A DNA stretch of 63,527 bases, the filler included, from Octopus bimaculoides (taxonomy: Eukaryota), in NCBI RefSeq assembly GCF_001194135.2. It is 5 parts of 5 records of this genome, joined end to end, with 100 filler letters (N's around TTAATTAATTAA, not from the genome) between each part and the next. Parts side by side here need not be neighbours in the genome. Positions count along the whole stretch, not along the records: positions 39,713 to 53,939 come from NC_068991.1; positions 54,040 to 62,242 come from NC_068994.1; 3 more parts are not named here. The stretch is one strand, 5' to 3'. This document shows positions 50,699 through 62,242 of the stretch, one piece after another. The position numbers and the translations under genes were made by a program. The stretch's first letter is position 1, and each line of letters begins with the position of its first letter. Below the pieces are notes generated by a model. The model was given only the letters and a program-made list of their open reading frames with translations, was not told the origin of the DNA and ran no database searches.

Positions 50699-52724
50699 CA
50701 AAGACATGGAATTTAATTAAATTAAAGCAGATGGACACATTAGTATAATTTTACCTAAAATCTCCAAGAAGTTAAGGAAATAGAAAAAAGAACATGCTGC
50801 CTTCACTTCCACTTAGAAGCTACTTAGTAGCTTCAAAGTGGAAGTGACGGCAGTAGGGACGCAAACACCAACATCGGTTGTCAAGTGAAGGTGGGGGGTG
50901 ACAAACACAGATACAAAGACGCACACACATAAATGTGTGTATATATATATATATNNNNNNNNNNNNNNNNNNNNNNNNNNNNNNNNNNNNNNNNNNNNNN
51001 NNNNNNNNNNNNNNNNNNNNNNNNNNNNNNNNNNNNNNNNNNNNNNNNNNNNNNNNNNNNNNNNNNNNNNNNNNNNNNNNNNNNNNNNNNNNNNNNNNNN
51101 NNNNNNNNNNNNNNNNNNNNNNNNNNNNNNNNNNNNNNNNNNNNNNNNNNNNNNNNNNNNNNNNNNNNNNNNNNNNNNNNNNNNNNNNNNNNNNNNNNNN
51201 NNNNNNNNNNNNNNNNNNNNNNNNNNNNNNNNNNNNNNNNNNNNNNNNNNNNNNNNNNNNNNNNNNNNNNNNNNNNNNNNNNNNNNNNNNNNNNNNNNNN
51301 NNNNNNNNNNNNNNNNNNNNNNNNNNNNNNNNNNNNNNNNNNNNNNNNNNNNNNNNNNNNNNNNNNNNNNNNNNNNNNNNNNNNNNNNNNNNNNNNNNNN
51401 NNNNNNNNNNNNNNNNNNNNNNNNNNNNNNNNNNNNNNNNNNNNNNNNNNNNNNNNNNNNNNNNNNNNNNNNNNNNNNNNNNNNNNNNNNNNNNNNNNNN
51501 NNNNNNNNNNNNNNNNNNNNNNNNNNNNNNNNNNNNNNNNNNNNNNNNNNNNNNNNNNNNNNNNNNNNNNNNNNNCATACACACACACACAAAGATATAT
51601 ATAAGAATCGGTTTTAGAGTTGAAAATACGAAACCGATTTTTTTTAAACGTATTGTAGATAATTTCATCTTAAAATTTATTAAAATGCCACACTGGTTTC
51701 TATATTTTTAATTTTTATTTTTGGGTTTTCAATGGTAATTATAAAATAAATAAAAAAAAAAAGATAAAATATTAAAAGTAAGTGAATGCATATGAGAAAG
51801 TTCAACAGCAAAAAAAAAAAAAGAACATGGTGAAAGAAACTCGAATGTTCATTCGGTTTTATACAAAATTACTTGAGGAAAATTCAAGTATTTAATAAGT
51901 TTCACAGCAATGAGAAATGGTGAAAGTTCAAATGTTCAACAAATTAAATAGCAATAATAGAAATTCGAAAGTTCAGTAGTTTTCAATGCAATAAGATGCT
52001 AGCAATTAGACATGATAACGATTTTAAAGAATGAGAAAAACAAAAATTCACAAGTTCTCTCACGTTGTACGAAGAAGAATTCTTCATTTGTTTTACTCGT
52101 TGAAACTTAACTGTTTCAAACCAACATTGCTTTGCGTATGTAAGATTTAAGCCGCCGGTTCAAGCCCTATTGGGTAATTACTCAAAGACGTCACTTGTTT
52201 TTACCTAGCGTTCGTTGGCAGTCTGAGCACATTCGGATGCCATATGTTTCGTCAATTATTTCCGTTCGGCTGTAGTACAGCGTTCTGGTTGGGGAACTAT
52301 CTAGAGACGTAATTTGGTTATCAACTGTTCTGTTCACTCGTTTTTGTCCGGTGTTCCGGTTGGTTGATTTTTTACGTCTTACTTTGAGAGACGTCATTTA
52401 TTTTTCAAACGTCTTGGTCCGACTTTTTGTCTGACAGTCATCCAATGTACCGATAGACAGACTCCTTTATGATGTCACTTCTTTTCCTCTCTATTAGATA
52501 CATACTGATAGTCACACACACACACATGTAATATATATCAATCTGTTCATCTATCTATCTATTTATTTATCGTCATTAAAATCATTTAACATCCGCTTTC
52601 CATACTTGAATGTGTTAGACGGTTTGAATGGAACTAATAAACTAGAAGGCTGCACAATGTTCCGTTCGGATTTGACACGGTTTCTGCAGCTTGATGCCCT
52701 TCCTAATGTCATATATATATATAT

Positions 52725-52971
52725 ATATATATTATTTTGTTTAAAAGAGTTCCAACACTGTCTGTTTTTTTATGTTTTATTTATATTCCTGCAAAACCAA
52801 TGTGGGATATAGAATATGGAATATACAATATATAATATAATATACAATATATAATATAAAATAAAAAATAAAAATGGATGGTACAATCAAATAAAGTATT
52901 GAATGTCTTATTGAATATATGGAATATGTCTTATTGAATAGATGAAATATTGAGTGTTCAATATAAAGGAT

Positions 52972-52978
<7 letters not shown>
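52725..52978 (-). mobile_element. AT-rich repeat family X inside (TA)n
   Basis: High similarity to 60790-61012 and 33869-34035, with (TA)n on both sides. Confidence 0.75.
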
Positions 52979-53012
<34 letters not shown>

Positions 53013-53765
53013 TTTTATTCTTTTACTTGTTTCAGTCATTTGACTACAGCCATGCTGGAGCATCATACATATGCGTATATATATTTATCTATCTATCTAT
53101 CTATATACACGCGCGCGCGCGCACACACACACAAACTGTACTGAGTACAAATTTGCACCAGCAGACGCAAGCACATACACACGTACGCATGCTCATGCAC
53201 AAAGTCACTCAGAGCTTGAGAGAGAAAGAAGAGAGAAAGAAAGATTGAGAGAAAAGCACACATCTCAATCAGATCAGTCACTTGTATTTCGTTTATTATA
53301 TTTTTCATTTATTTTATTTTTGCTATTCTCTATGGTTTTATCGATCACTTGATTGATTATGCAATTTCAGCAGTTTGATTACGTGATTAAAGTCGATAGC
53401 TGGCAATCTTTTATCATCAGTGCGGATGCCATATTGGCTAACACCGAAGTTAAACTTGATTTTATAATCACACAGCTAGCTTCATTAGTTGAGATGGAAA
53501 AATGCTTTATCGAAAGCATTTCTCATCGTCAATTTCGGTGAATTATTCCTAAAAGCTTATCATCTTGCCAATATCTGCTCTCGTTTGAAACGAACAGGTC
53601 ATTCTCATCACTAAGAATGAATATGACCTTTATAATGAAATAATGAAAATCACAAATTCTAATTTCTCATGCATGTTATTTGCGGTGAAGGAAAGAAAAA
53701 TGGCGTACAAATATATGTAAGTATATGCATGTATATACGTGGGTATGCAAGTATGTATGTATTTC

Positions 53766-53815
<50 letters not shown>

Positions 53816-53939
53816 AATGTATGCATTTACATGTGTATATGAATATGAAAATTGTGTGTGCTTATTAAAATGAATATTTTGTGGGCGAAGTTATTACGTT
53901 CGTTTTCCTTTGGATTGGACACGCTACCTACACACATAT

Positions 53940-54039
53940 NNNNNNNNNNNNNNNNNNNNNNNNNNNNNNNNNNNNNNNNNNNNTTAATTAATTAANNNNN
54001 NNNNNNNNNNNNNNNNNNNNNNNNNNNNNNNNNNNNNNN
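53940..54039. other. artificial scaffold linker
   Basis: N44-TTAATTAATTAA-N44. Confidence 0.95.
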
Positions 54040-54061
54040 CACACATATACATATATATATA

Positions 54062-54862
54062 TACGAGATATGATCAATAAGCATCAGGACTGTTGGCATA
54101 GTAACGAAGCTAAAGCACGCAGAGTGAAGCTGCTTCGCATAGATTGACCTTGAACTCTACTGTCCATGCGCACTAACTTTTAACGTTTTACCTCGCTTTC
54201 GCTATTTACAGCAGTACTTGGAAGGAAGATGTGTAGCATGTGATCGTCGCATTGACAATGACAGAAAAAGTTCTCATGACGATACTTACTCAGAGGCCTA
54301 CGCAAAGTTGCAAAATGTGTATGGAGAGGAGTGTATGACGCGCAAAGAAATGTCCGAGTGGTTCATATGTTTCCAAGATGGTCGATAAACTGTCGATATT
54401 GACGATTGTTCTGAGAGATCTGCAACTAGCAGAACTGAGAAAAACATCGCAGATGTGCGTACAGCTGTGAGGGGAAATCGTCGAATCACCATCCGTGAGT
54501 TATCAGAGGATGTGTAGATTAGTTACGGTTCAGTTCAGTCCAGTATCACTGAAGATTTGGGTATGCCAAAACTGCTTTCAGCTGACCAAAAGGACACTCG
54601 GGTTTCAGTTGCACAAGATTTCTTTGTGTCAAGAACGATGCAAACTTTTTGAAAAAAATTGTGTAGGCCTCTGAGCAGGTATCACCAAGATTTTGGCAAA
54701 ATTTGATGCGGATTTTCTGCTCAGCTTAGTCATGGTAAATACGACGATCACACGCTACACACCTTCCCTCCAAGCACTGCTGTAAACAGCAGAAGTGAGC
54801 TAGAACGTTTGAAACTTAGTGCGCATGGACAGCAGAGATGAAGGTCAATCTGTGCGAAGCAT
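54062..54862 (+). mobile_element. mariner 5' half (+, 54062-54650) fused to an inverted second 5' end (-, 54655-54862)
   Basis: Plus strand: DTYSEAYAKLQNVYGEECM...RRITIRELSEDV*ISYGSVQS..EDLGM. Minus arm: KIRIKFCQNLGDTCSEAY. The 5'UTRs are inverted homologs (CTTCGCA.AGATTGACCTT...GTGATCGTCG). Confidence 0.85.
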
Positions 54863-55034
54863 CAGACCATGTATATGTATATAAATACATACATACATAC
54901 ATACACATATTTATATGCACACACATATATATACACACACACGCACATCAGCATGTGTGTGTGTATGTGTGTGCGTGCACATAGATAGCTAGCTAGCCTG
55001 ACAGACAGATAGATAGACAGTCAGACAGACAGAC

Positions 55035-55088
<54 letters not shown>

Positions 55089-55379
55089 GTTGAATTGACG
55101 TGGACTTCAAGCTTTGTCCATCGGTATGTTGGACCAGCCTTTGAAAAAGGTTGATAGACGAAACTTGAAATCCTGCTCAACTCAGTCTTCACAATGAATT
55201 TGATTCTACTCTCAGCATAGTCATTGTATCAATGTTCTCTTGCTATTTTAAAACTTACTTTCATATAATAACCTTATCTTAACACACACACGCGCACAGT
55301 TAAAAGGTGCTTATGTACGAAAGAATTTTTAGAATTCAACTCTTAGCTTTACGCCTTTTTATTGTTGTTTAAATTATAG

Positions 55380-55630
55380 AAATCTTCAACGAACTGAAAT
55401 ATGAGGTATTGAAGCATCCTCCATTGCTTCTTCAGACTATCACCTGTTTGATCCACTCAAAGACAGCATTCGAGGCGGTTCACTTGTCACAGAACATGAC
55501 TTGAGAGAAGCAGTATATAAATGGCTCAGTTTTCAATCGATAAAGCTTCTGCTGAAAAACATAAAGAATCCTTGTTCGAAGATGGATCAAGTGTGTTGCA
55601 AAGTAAGGGTACAGTGTCGAGAAAGGAAGT
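55380..55630 (+). pseudogene. mariner transposase C-terminal remnant
   Basis: YEVLKHPP../SSDYHLFDPLKDSIRG...EAVYKWL../LVRRWIKCV (HPPYSPDLAPSDYHLF motif). Confidence 0.85.
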
Positions 55631-56055
55631 ACTTGTACATTCAAGAAATCTCTTTTTATAATAAATATCTTTTAAAATGGCGACAAAAGACCGAATTACT
55701 GAGAGCTACAGTGCTTTTGAGCGAGTGATAGTGTCGTGACCATGGTAAACGTGTTAATTTAAAAACAACTAAATTGACGTAATGATGTAAAGCTACGTTG
55801 TATTAACAAGAGGGAGACCGTATCAGCCGATAGGAAAACAATCACGTCTTCATCATAAATAATGACTCACAATTGCGCGCGCACGCACACACACACGCAC
55901 ACAGACACAGACACAAACACACACACACGTTAGTGCGACTGGTTATAAAAACAAAAACGAAAGAACTTCAAAATTAAAAGCAACCTCAACCACACAAAAA
56001 TAAAAAAATACAAACCACATATATACATATATATGTGCGTATATAAACGCACATA

Positions 56056-56089
<34 letters not shown>

Positions 56090-57429
56090 NNNNNNNNNNN
56101 NNNNNNNNNNNNNNNNNNNNNNNNNNNNNNNNNNNNNNNNNNNNNNNNNNNNNNNNNNNNNNNNNNNNNNNNNNNNNNNNNNNNNNNNNNNNNNNNNNNN
56201 NNNNNNNNNNNNNNNNNNNNNNNNNNNNNNNNNNNNNNNNNNNNNNNNNNNNNNNNNNNNNNNNNNNNNNNNNNNNNNNNNNNNNNNNNNNNNNNNNNNN
56301 NNNNNNNNNNNNNNNNNNNNNNNNNNNNNNNNNNNNNNNNNNNNNNNNNNNNNNNNNNNNNNNNNNNNNNNNNNNNNNNNNNNNNNNNNNNNNNNNNNNN
56401 NNNNNNNNNNNNNNNNNNNNNNNNNNNNNNNNNNNNNNNNNNNNNNNNNNNNNNNNNNNNNNNNNNNNNNNNNNNNNNNNNNNNNNNNNNNNNNNNNNNN
56501 NNNNNNNNNNNNNNNNNNNNNNNNNNNNNNNNNNNNNNNNNNNNNNNNNNNNNNNNNNNNNNNNNNNNNNNNNNNNNNNNNNNNNNNNNNNNNNNNNNNN
56601 NNNNNNNNNNNNNNNNNNNNNNNNNNNNNNNNNNNNNNNNNNNNNNNNNNNNNNNNNNNNNNNNNNNNNNNNGGGAGGGCAGGGGGGAAGAAAGGAAGTA
56701 GGACGTTATTCTTAAAATCGAAGATTTGGTCTGAATGCTTCCATCTGAGTGGTCTCTGTTACAAGTACCCAAGGACCAAATGGTGACGTGAAACCGGAAG
56801 TCGGATTTAGCGCCCTATCCCGAAAGAAGAACGTCCATCCCTCTGGTGGTCTTCCAAATAGTTTTCTATCTCCCAAATTTCACTCACAAGGTTTTAGCTG
56901 GCCCGAGGATATTATTGTAAGATACACTTGCACAAAATGCCGCTCATTGAGGTCGAACCTGATACTATGTAGTTATGAAGCTAATATTCTACTCGTAGAA
57001 TGATACCTGTACCCAATGACTATTTAATTAAGATCCAATATTTTTTCTCACCTTAAAGCTCACAAAGGTGGATCGATTTCGCCTCTCATCTTCCCAGTAT
57101 CGATAAAATATATACAAGCCAAATTCTAGGGGTCATTAATCATCTTCTTTCTTCAAAAATCTGTGAAGAAATATGTGATCGACTTGAAACACGACACGTC
57201 CAGGGAGAGAAAGGAAGGGAAAAGTTTAATGGATTGGCAAAATCGGTAGAGCGTCGAACAAAATTACTATGGAGCATTAAGATCCAATACTACCGAGGTC
57301 GGCTTTGCCCTCCATCCTTTCCATAAAATAAAGCACTAAGTCAAATAACAGAAACAATATATTATTCCTACAACACATTCTAGATATGAATAAAATTATA
57401 ATTGAACTAAGATTTTTTTATGATTCTTT

Positions 57430-57630
57430 TATCCTTTTCTCGTTTCAGTCACGCTGGAGCACCGCCTTAAAGGGATTTAGTCGAAGAAATCGACCCCGAG
57501 ACTGATTTTTTGTAAGCCTAGAACTTATTCTATCGTTCTCTTCCGCTGAACTGCTAAGTTACGGGGACATAAACAAGCCAGCATCGGTTGTCAAGCGATG
57601 GAGGGGTGTGGGGAACACAGACACCCACAT

Positions 57631-57661
<31 letters not shown>

Positions 57662-57840
57662 AACACACATATATATATATATGATGGGCTTATTCCAGTT
57701 TGCGTCCACCAAATCTAGTCACAAAGCTTTGGTCGACCCAAGGCTATAGTGGAAGACACTTGCCCAAGGTGCTGCGCAGTGGAACTGAACTCGAAACTAT
57801 GTAGTTGAGAAGCAAGCTTCTTACTACACAGCCACGCCTG
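57430..57840 (-). mobile_element. SINE family A, full length
   Basis: Reverse complement is colinear with family A and includes the internal microsatellite. Confidence 0.9.
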
Positions 57841-58104
57841 AGTCTAGCTTAATTATCAAATATATTTTTTAACATAGAATAGAAGGGTTTTTTAATCATA
57901 CTATTCGATCTTCTCTTCATAGTTTCCTCTGATGATGAACAAAGGACGCGAAGAAAATAGTCTAAAGTAAGAGGGAAATTACAGGAAAGTCAAGTGAACA
58001 ATATGCGTGAAATAGTTTTGACGTGGTGTTTATACTATAAAGCATATAATGTTAGTGTATGTATAAGATATATGTAAATAATATTAACATCGAGATGAGA
58101 CGAT

Positions 58105-58635
58105 TAAGCGCGGCTGTTTGAACCAGTTACGCACTGGGGTCGATGTAATCGACTTTATCGCTTTGTCTGTCTTTGTTTTGTCCCTTCTATGTTTAGCCTC
58201 CTGTGGGCAATAAAGAAATAAGAAACGTTACCGCGCCGGAAAAGAATCTTAGCGGCATTTCTTCCGACCTAACGTGCTGCGTTCAAATGCCGTCGGGGTT
58301 GGTTTTACCTTTTATCTTTTTCGGGGTCTATAAATTAAGTACCAGATGAAATCAACTATCTCCCTTCCACCAAATTCCAGTCCTTGTACCTATAATAGAA
58401 AAGTTTATTAAACTACTTTAAAGCGAAGAGATGGTCGAATCGTTGCACGCCGGGCAAATGCTTGGTGGCATTTCGCCCGTCCTTTCGTCGTGAGTTCAAA
58501 TTCCGTAGTTCGACTTTGCCTATCATCCTTTTGGGGTCAATAAAAGAAATACCAGTTGGCTACTGGATCGATGTAATCGACTTACACTCTCTCCAAAAAA
58601 TTCCATGCCTTGTGTTTATATTAGAAAAGATTATT
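58105..58635 (+). mobile_element. tandem cluster of three SINE B units
   Basis: Family B blocks begin at about 58120, 58222 and 58425. Confidence 0.8.
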
Positions 58636-58649
58636 AAAATATTCATAAG

Positions 58650-59278
58650 CGGAATTGTAGGCTCTTATATTCCGAAGAAAGTGTTTAGAATCTGGATGGT
58701 CTCCGAGCAGCCTGGACTTCAAAGATTCGGCACCGACTTGTACATGAGGCAAGCTAACCGTTCCATTAGAGCAGTATATACTGGTAGATTCTGCTGGCCA
58801 CCTTATTGCATTACAATGGACGCAAACTGTAGACATGTTGCCAATGATGATATTTGGGTGTGATGCATAGTCCTCATGGGGGCTGCAATAAAAGGCCTTG
58901 TTAGACCAGCAACAGGAAGAAACTCTCGAAAAGATATGAGAACGCATTTTACGTTGAGAATCAGCTCCAAGCCTTGTGGCCCTTTGTTCAACAGTCTCTA
59001 AAGCACGGCTATTTGAAGTAGAGGCAGCATTGCGAGCACACCGGTGTTCTGCTTGTTGAGCTGTCTGTGATGCTCTGGTGACTTCAGTAGAAGCAGCATT
59101 GCGAGCATGCCGGAGTTCTGCTTGTTGAACAGTCTGTGATGTTCTGATGACTGCAGTAGAAGCAGCATTGCGAGCACGCCGAAGCACACATTGTTCTTGT
59201 CTTGTTTGCCCGCAAGGAACGCAAAACGGAAGCATTTTTTGTTTTTCTGCCAATATCACTCTTGCTTTTTCGAGGCAT
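58650..59278 (-). pseudogene. Helitron RepHel N-terminal fragment with 23-aa repeats
   Basis: MPRKSKSDIGRKTKNAS../..NKAFYCSPHEDYASHPNIIIGNMSTVCVHCNAIRWPAESTSIYCSNGTVSLP...LKSRLLGDHPDSKHFLRNIRAYNSA. One frameshift near 59195, truncated against a SINE. Confidence 0.88.
59000..59185 (-). repeat. 69-bp coding tandem repeat (about 2.7 units)
   Basis: GCAGCATTGCGAGCA starts at 59024, 59093 and 59162 (period 69). Confidence 0.95.
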
Positions 59279-60256
59279 CCTATCGAAAATCTGTAATTGA
59301 ATGCAAACCGGAAAACTTCAAATGGGATATGGGGTTCGGCAATATGTGATGTTGACCGATAAAGAAGCAAAACTTGTGGATGAATAAGCTACCAGAACCG
59401 ACCGAATTGTGCTTTTTTTTAGAATGTCACCGATGAATTTGATCCGTAAAATTCGAAAAATGATAAGAAGAATTTGCCAAAACATCGTTCAATTATGCTT
59501 ACTGATAAAAAAGTAACTCGTAATTTGAAATGTTGATACTAATATTGCTTCTTTGTGAAATGGAATTAAAGAATAAATAATGGATATGTACGTGTCAAAT
59601 CAAGTGAGTGTCGCAAAAGTCGAAAAATACCGATCATTTNNNNNNNNNNNNNNNNNNNNNNNNNNNNNNNNNNNNNNNNNNNNNNNNNNNNNNNNNNNNN
59701 NNNNNNNNNNNNNNNNNNNNNNNNNNNNNNNNNNNNNNNNNNNNNNNNNNNNNNNNNNNNNNNNNNNNNNNNNNNNNNNNNNNNNNNNNNNNNNNNNNNN
59801 NNNNNNNNNNNNNNNNNNNNNNNNNNNNNNNNNNNNNNNNNNNNNNNNNNNNNNNNNNNNNNNNNNNNNNNNNNNNNNNNNNNNNNNNNNNNNNNNNNNN
59901 NNNNNNNNNNNNNNNNNNNNNNNNNNNNNNNNNNNNNNNNNNNNNNNNNNNNNNNNNNNNNNNNNNNNNNNNNNNNNNNNNNNNNNNNNNNNNNNNNNNN
60001 NNNNNNNNNNNNNNNNNNNNNNNNNNNNNNNNNNNNNNNNNNNNNNNNNNNNNNNNNNNNNNNNNNNNNNNNNNNNNNNNNNNNNNNNNNNNNNNNNNNN
60101 NNNNNNNNNNNNNNNNNNNNNNNNNNNNNNNNNNNNNNNNNNNNNNNNNNNNNNNNNNNNNNNNNNNNNNNNNNNNNNNNNNNNNNNNNNNNNNNNNNNN
60201 NNNNNNNNNNNNNNNNNNNNNNNNNNNNNNNNNNNNNNNNNNNNNNNNNNNNNNNN

Positions 60257-60341
<85 letters not shown>

Positions 60342-60565
60342 TACATACACACAGACATACAGACACACTCATAACTTACAAGATACAACGTCATTATGTT
60401 TGCTATATCATGCCTGCGTAACAGAAACAACAGTACTCAACAAGATTTATATTTGTATACACACATGCATACTTACAGTTATATTTTGAGCAAAGTATAT
60501 AGATTTTGCTATATAAACAAGGTAACATTGATGAATCAACAAAACATTAAAATGTCAACAACCAT

Positions 60566-60745
60566 ATGTGCGTGTATGTGTTTGCTGACGGGCGTGAGCA
60601 TATTAATATCCTAATTGTCGATTTACGAACAAACTAAGTTTGTGTAACGAAAGCATTTTCTGCGTCTGTCTTTTCGTCTCCCTGTGTGAGTCTGTATGTG
60701 CAGGAATCTTTCTCTTTCTGTCTCTCACTCTCTCTCCCTACATAT

Positions 60746-60779
<34 letters not shown>

Positions 60780-61344
60780 TTATATTTATGTATTTATATA
60801 TTTGATCCTTTATATTGAACACTCAATATTTCATCTACATTCAATACTTTATTTCATGGTGCCATCCATTTTTATTTTATTTTATATTATATATTGTATA
60901 TTATATTATATATTGTATATTCCATATTCTATACCCCACATTAGTTCTGCAGGAATATAAATAAAACATAAAAAACAGACAGTGTTGGAACTCTTTTAAG
61001 CAAAATAATATATTCCTCTATACACAATCATACAAAAAAATCCACCTTTTTTTGTATTTATTTTTACNNNNNNNNNNNNNNNNNNNNNNNNNNNNNNNNN
61101 NNNNNNNNNNNNNNNNNNNNNNNNNNNNNNNNNNNNNNNNNNATGTGCGTGTATGTGTTTGCTGACGGGCGTGAGCATATTAATATCCTAATTGTCGATT
61201 TACGAACAAACTAAGTTTGTGTAACGAAAGCATTTTCTGCGTCTGTCTTTTCGTCTCCCTGTGTGAGTCTGTATGTGCAGGAATCTTTCTCTTTCTGTCT
61301 CTCACTCTCTCTCCCTACATATATACATACATACATATATATAT
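60566..61344. repeat. approximately 200-bp identical duplicate (60566-60767, 61143-61344) flanking a family X insert and a gap
   Basis: ATGTGCGTGTATGTGTTTGCTGACGGG...CATACATACATATATATA is identical by eye, and the two copies continue differently after (TA)n. Confidence 0.9.
60790..61012 (+). mobile_element. AT-rich repeat family X
   Basis: Near-identical to the reverse complement of 52725-52978. Confidence 0.75.
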
Positions 61345-61725
61345 ACATACACTCACACAGAGATAGAGAGAGAAAGATTTTCAAAGCATTAGTAATGAAA
61401 CGAGTGGCGAACAACAAGTCTGAGTGTCTGAGTGAGATAACAAAACACTGAGAGAGTAAATATTTATTTATTACTTTTAATGATTCGTGACAAATTGCAA
61501 TATTTTCTTTCCCAATGATTCACCTGTACTTGAAACTAAGTGAAAGGCCATTCAAAATACTTGAGCAGAGGAGATTAACGTTTTTGCAGAGGCGTGTTCT
61601 CGGCAAAGACGCTGCTACCGGTTTCGCATCACCGTTCTACTGAATCGATGGCGGAAACCGCCGTGCAAAAACTCAGAGTAGCGACCTGTAACTGTGAAGA
61701 AACAGCTTCACTAAAAATTAAGAAA

Positions 61726-61762
<37 letters not shown>

Positions 61763-62186
61763 GTGGGGTACTCATATAGGAACATTTCTTTGAACGATCA
61801 AATTGAATAACCGTTTTTCTGAAGGAAAATAAACTTTCATAACGAGCTAAAATTTGATCAATAAACCACAAGCAGACGACCATGAGTATTAGTGACTGGG
61901 AGCTTATTCGCTTAGGGAGCTAAACTGTGAACAACAAACCACGAGTAGACTACGTAGACGTATAATTGCTGCGAGCTCAAGTCAGAATAAACAAATTGAA
62001 CAGAAAACAGTTTTTTTTCAGAAGCAACTTACATTATCAACGAGCTGAAATTTCAACAGTAAATCACTAATAGACTACACACGCATAAGTGGCTGGGAGA
62101 GCGTTGGACACGCTTTGCTTATATATTTTTTTGCTAGAAACATAACCATAGACTAATAAAAACAAGACAAAGGGAAACATGCACAA

Positions 62187-62242
<56 letters not shown>

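Noticed and set aside
57925-57970. CTGATGA...GAAAATAGTC possible hammerhead
   Set aside because: Stems I and II do not pair. Too degenerate to call.
59144-59170. CTGATGA-CTGC...GCAG hammerhead-like start
   Set aside because: No GAAA or stem III follows, and it lies inside the Helitron coding repeat.
59000-59185. Regularly spaced repeats resembling a CRISPR array
   Set aside because: The whole 69-bp unit is repeated with no unique spacers, it is in frame within a Helitron ORF, and the context is eukaryotic.
670-60489. Long ORFs of 200-500 aa in the ORF track
   Set aside because: They are runs of X across N gaps flanked by microsatellite translations (HTHT, YIYI, CVCV, LSLS) and are not coding evidence.
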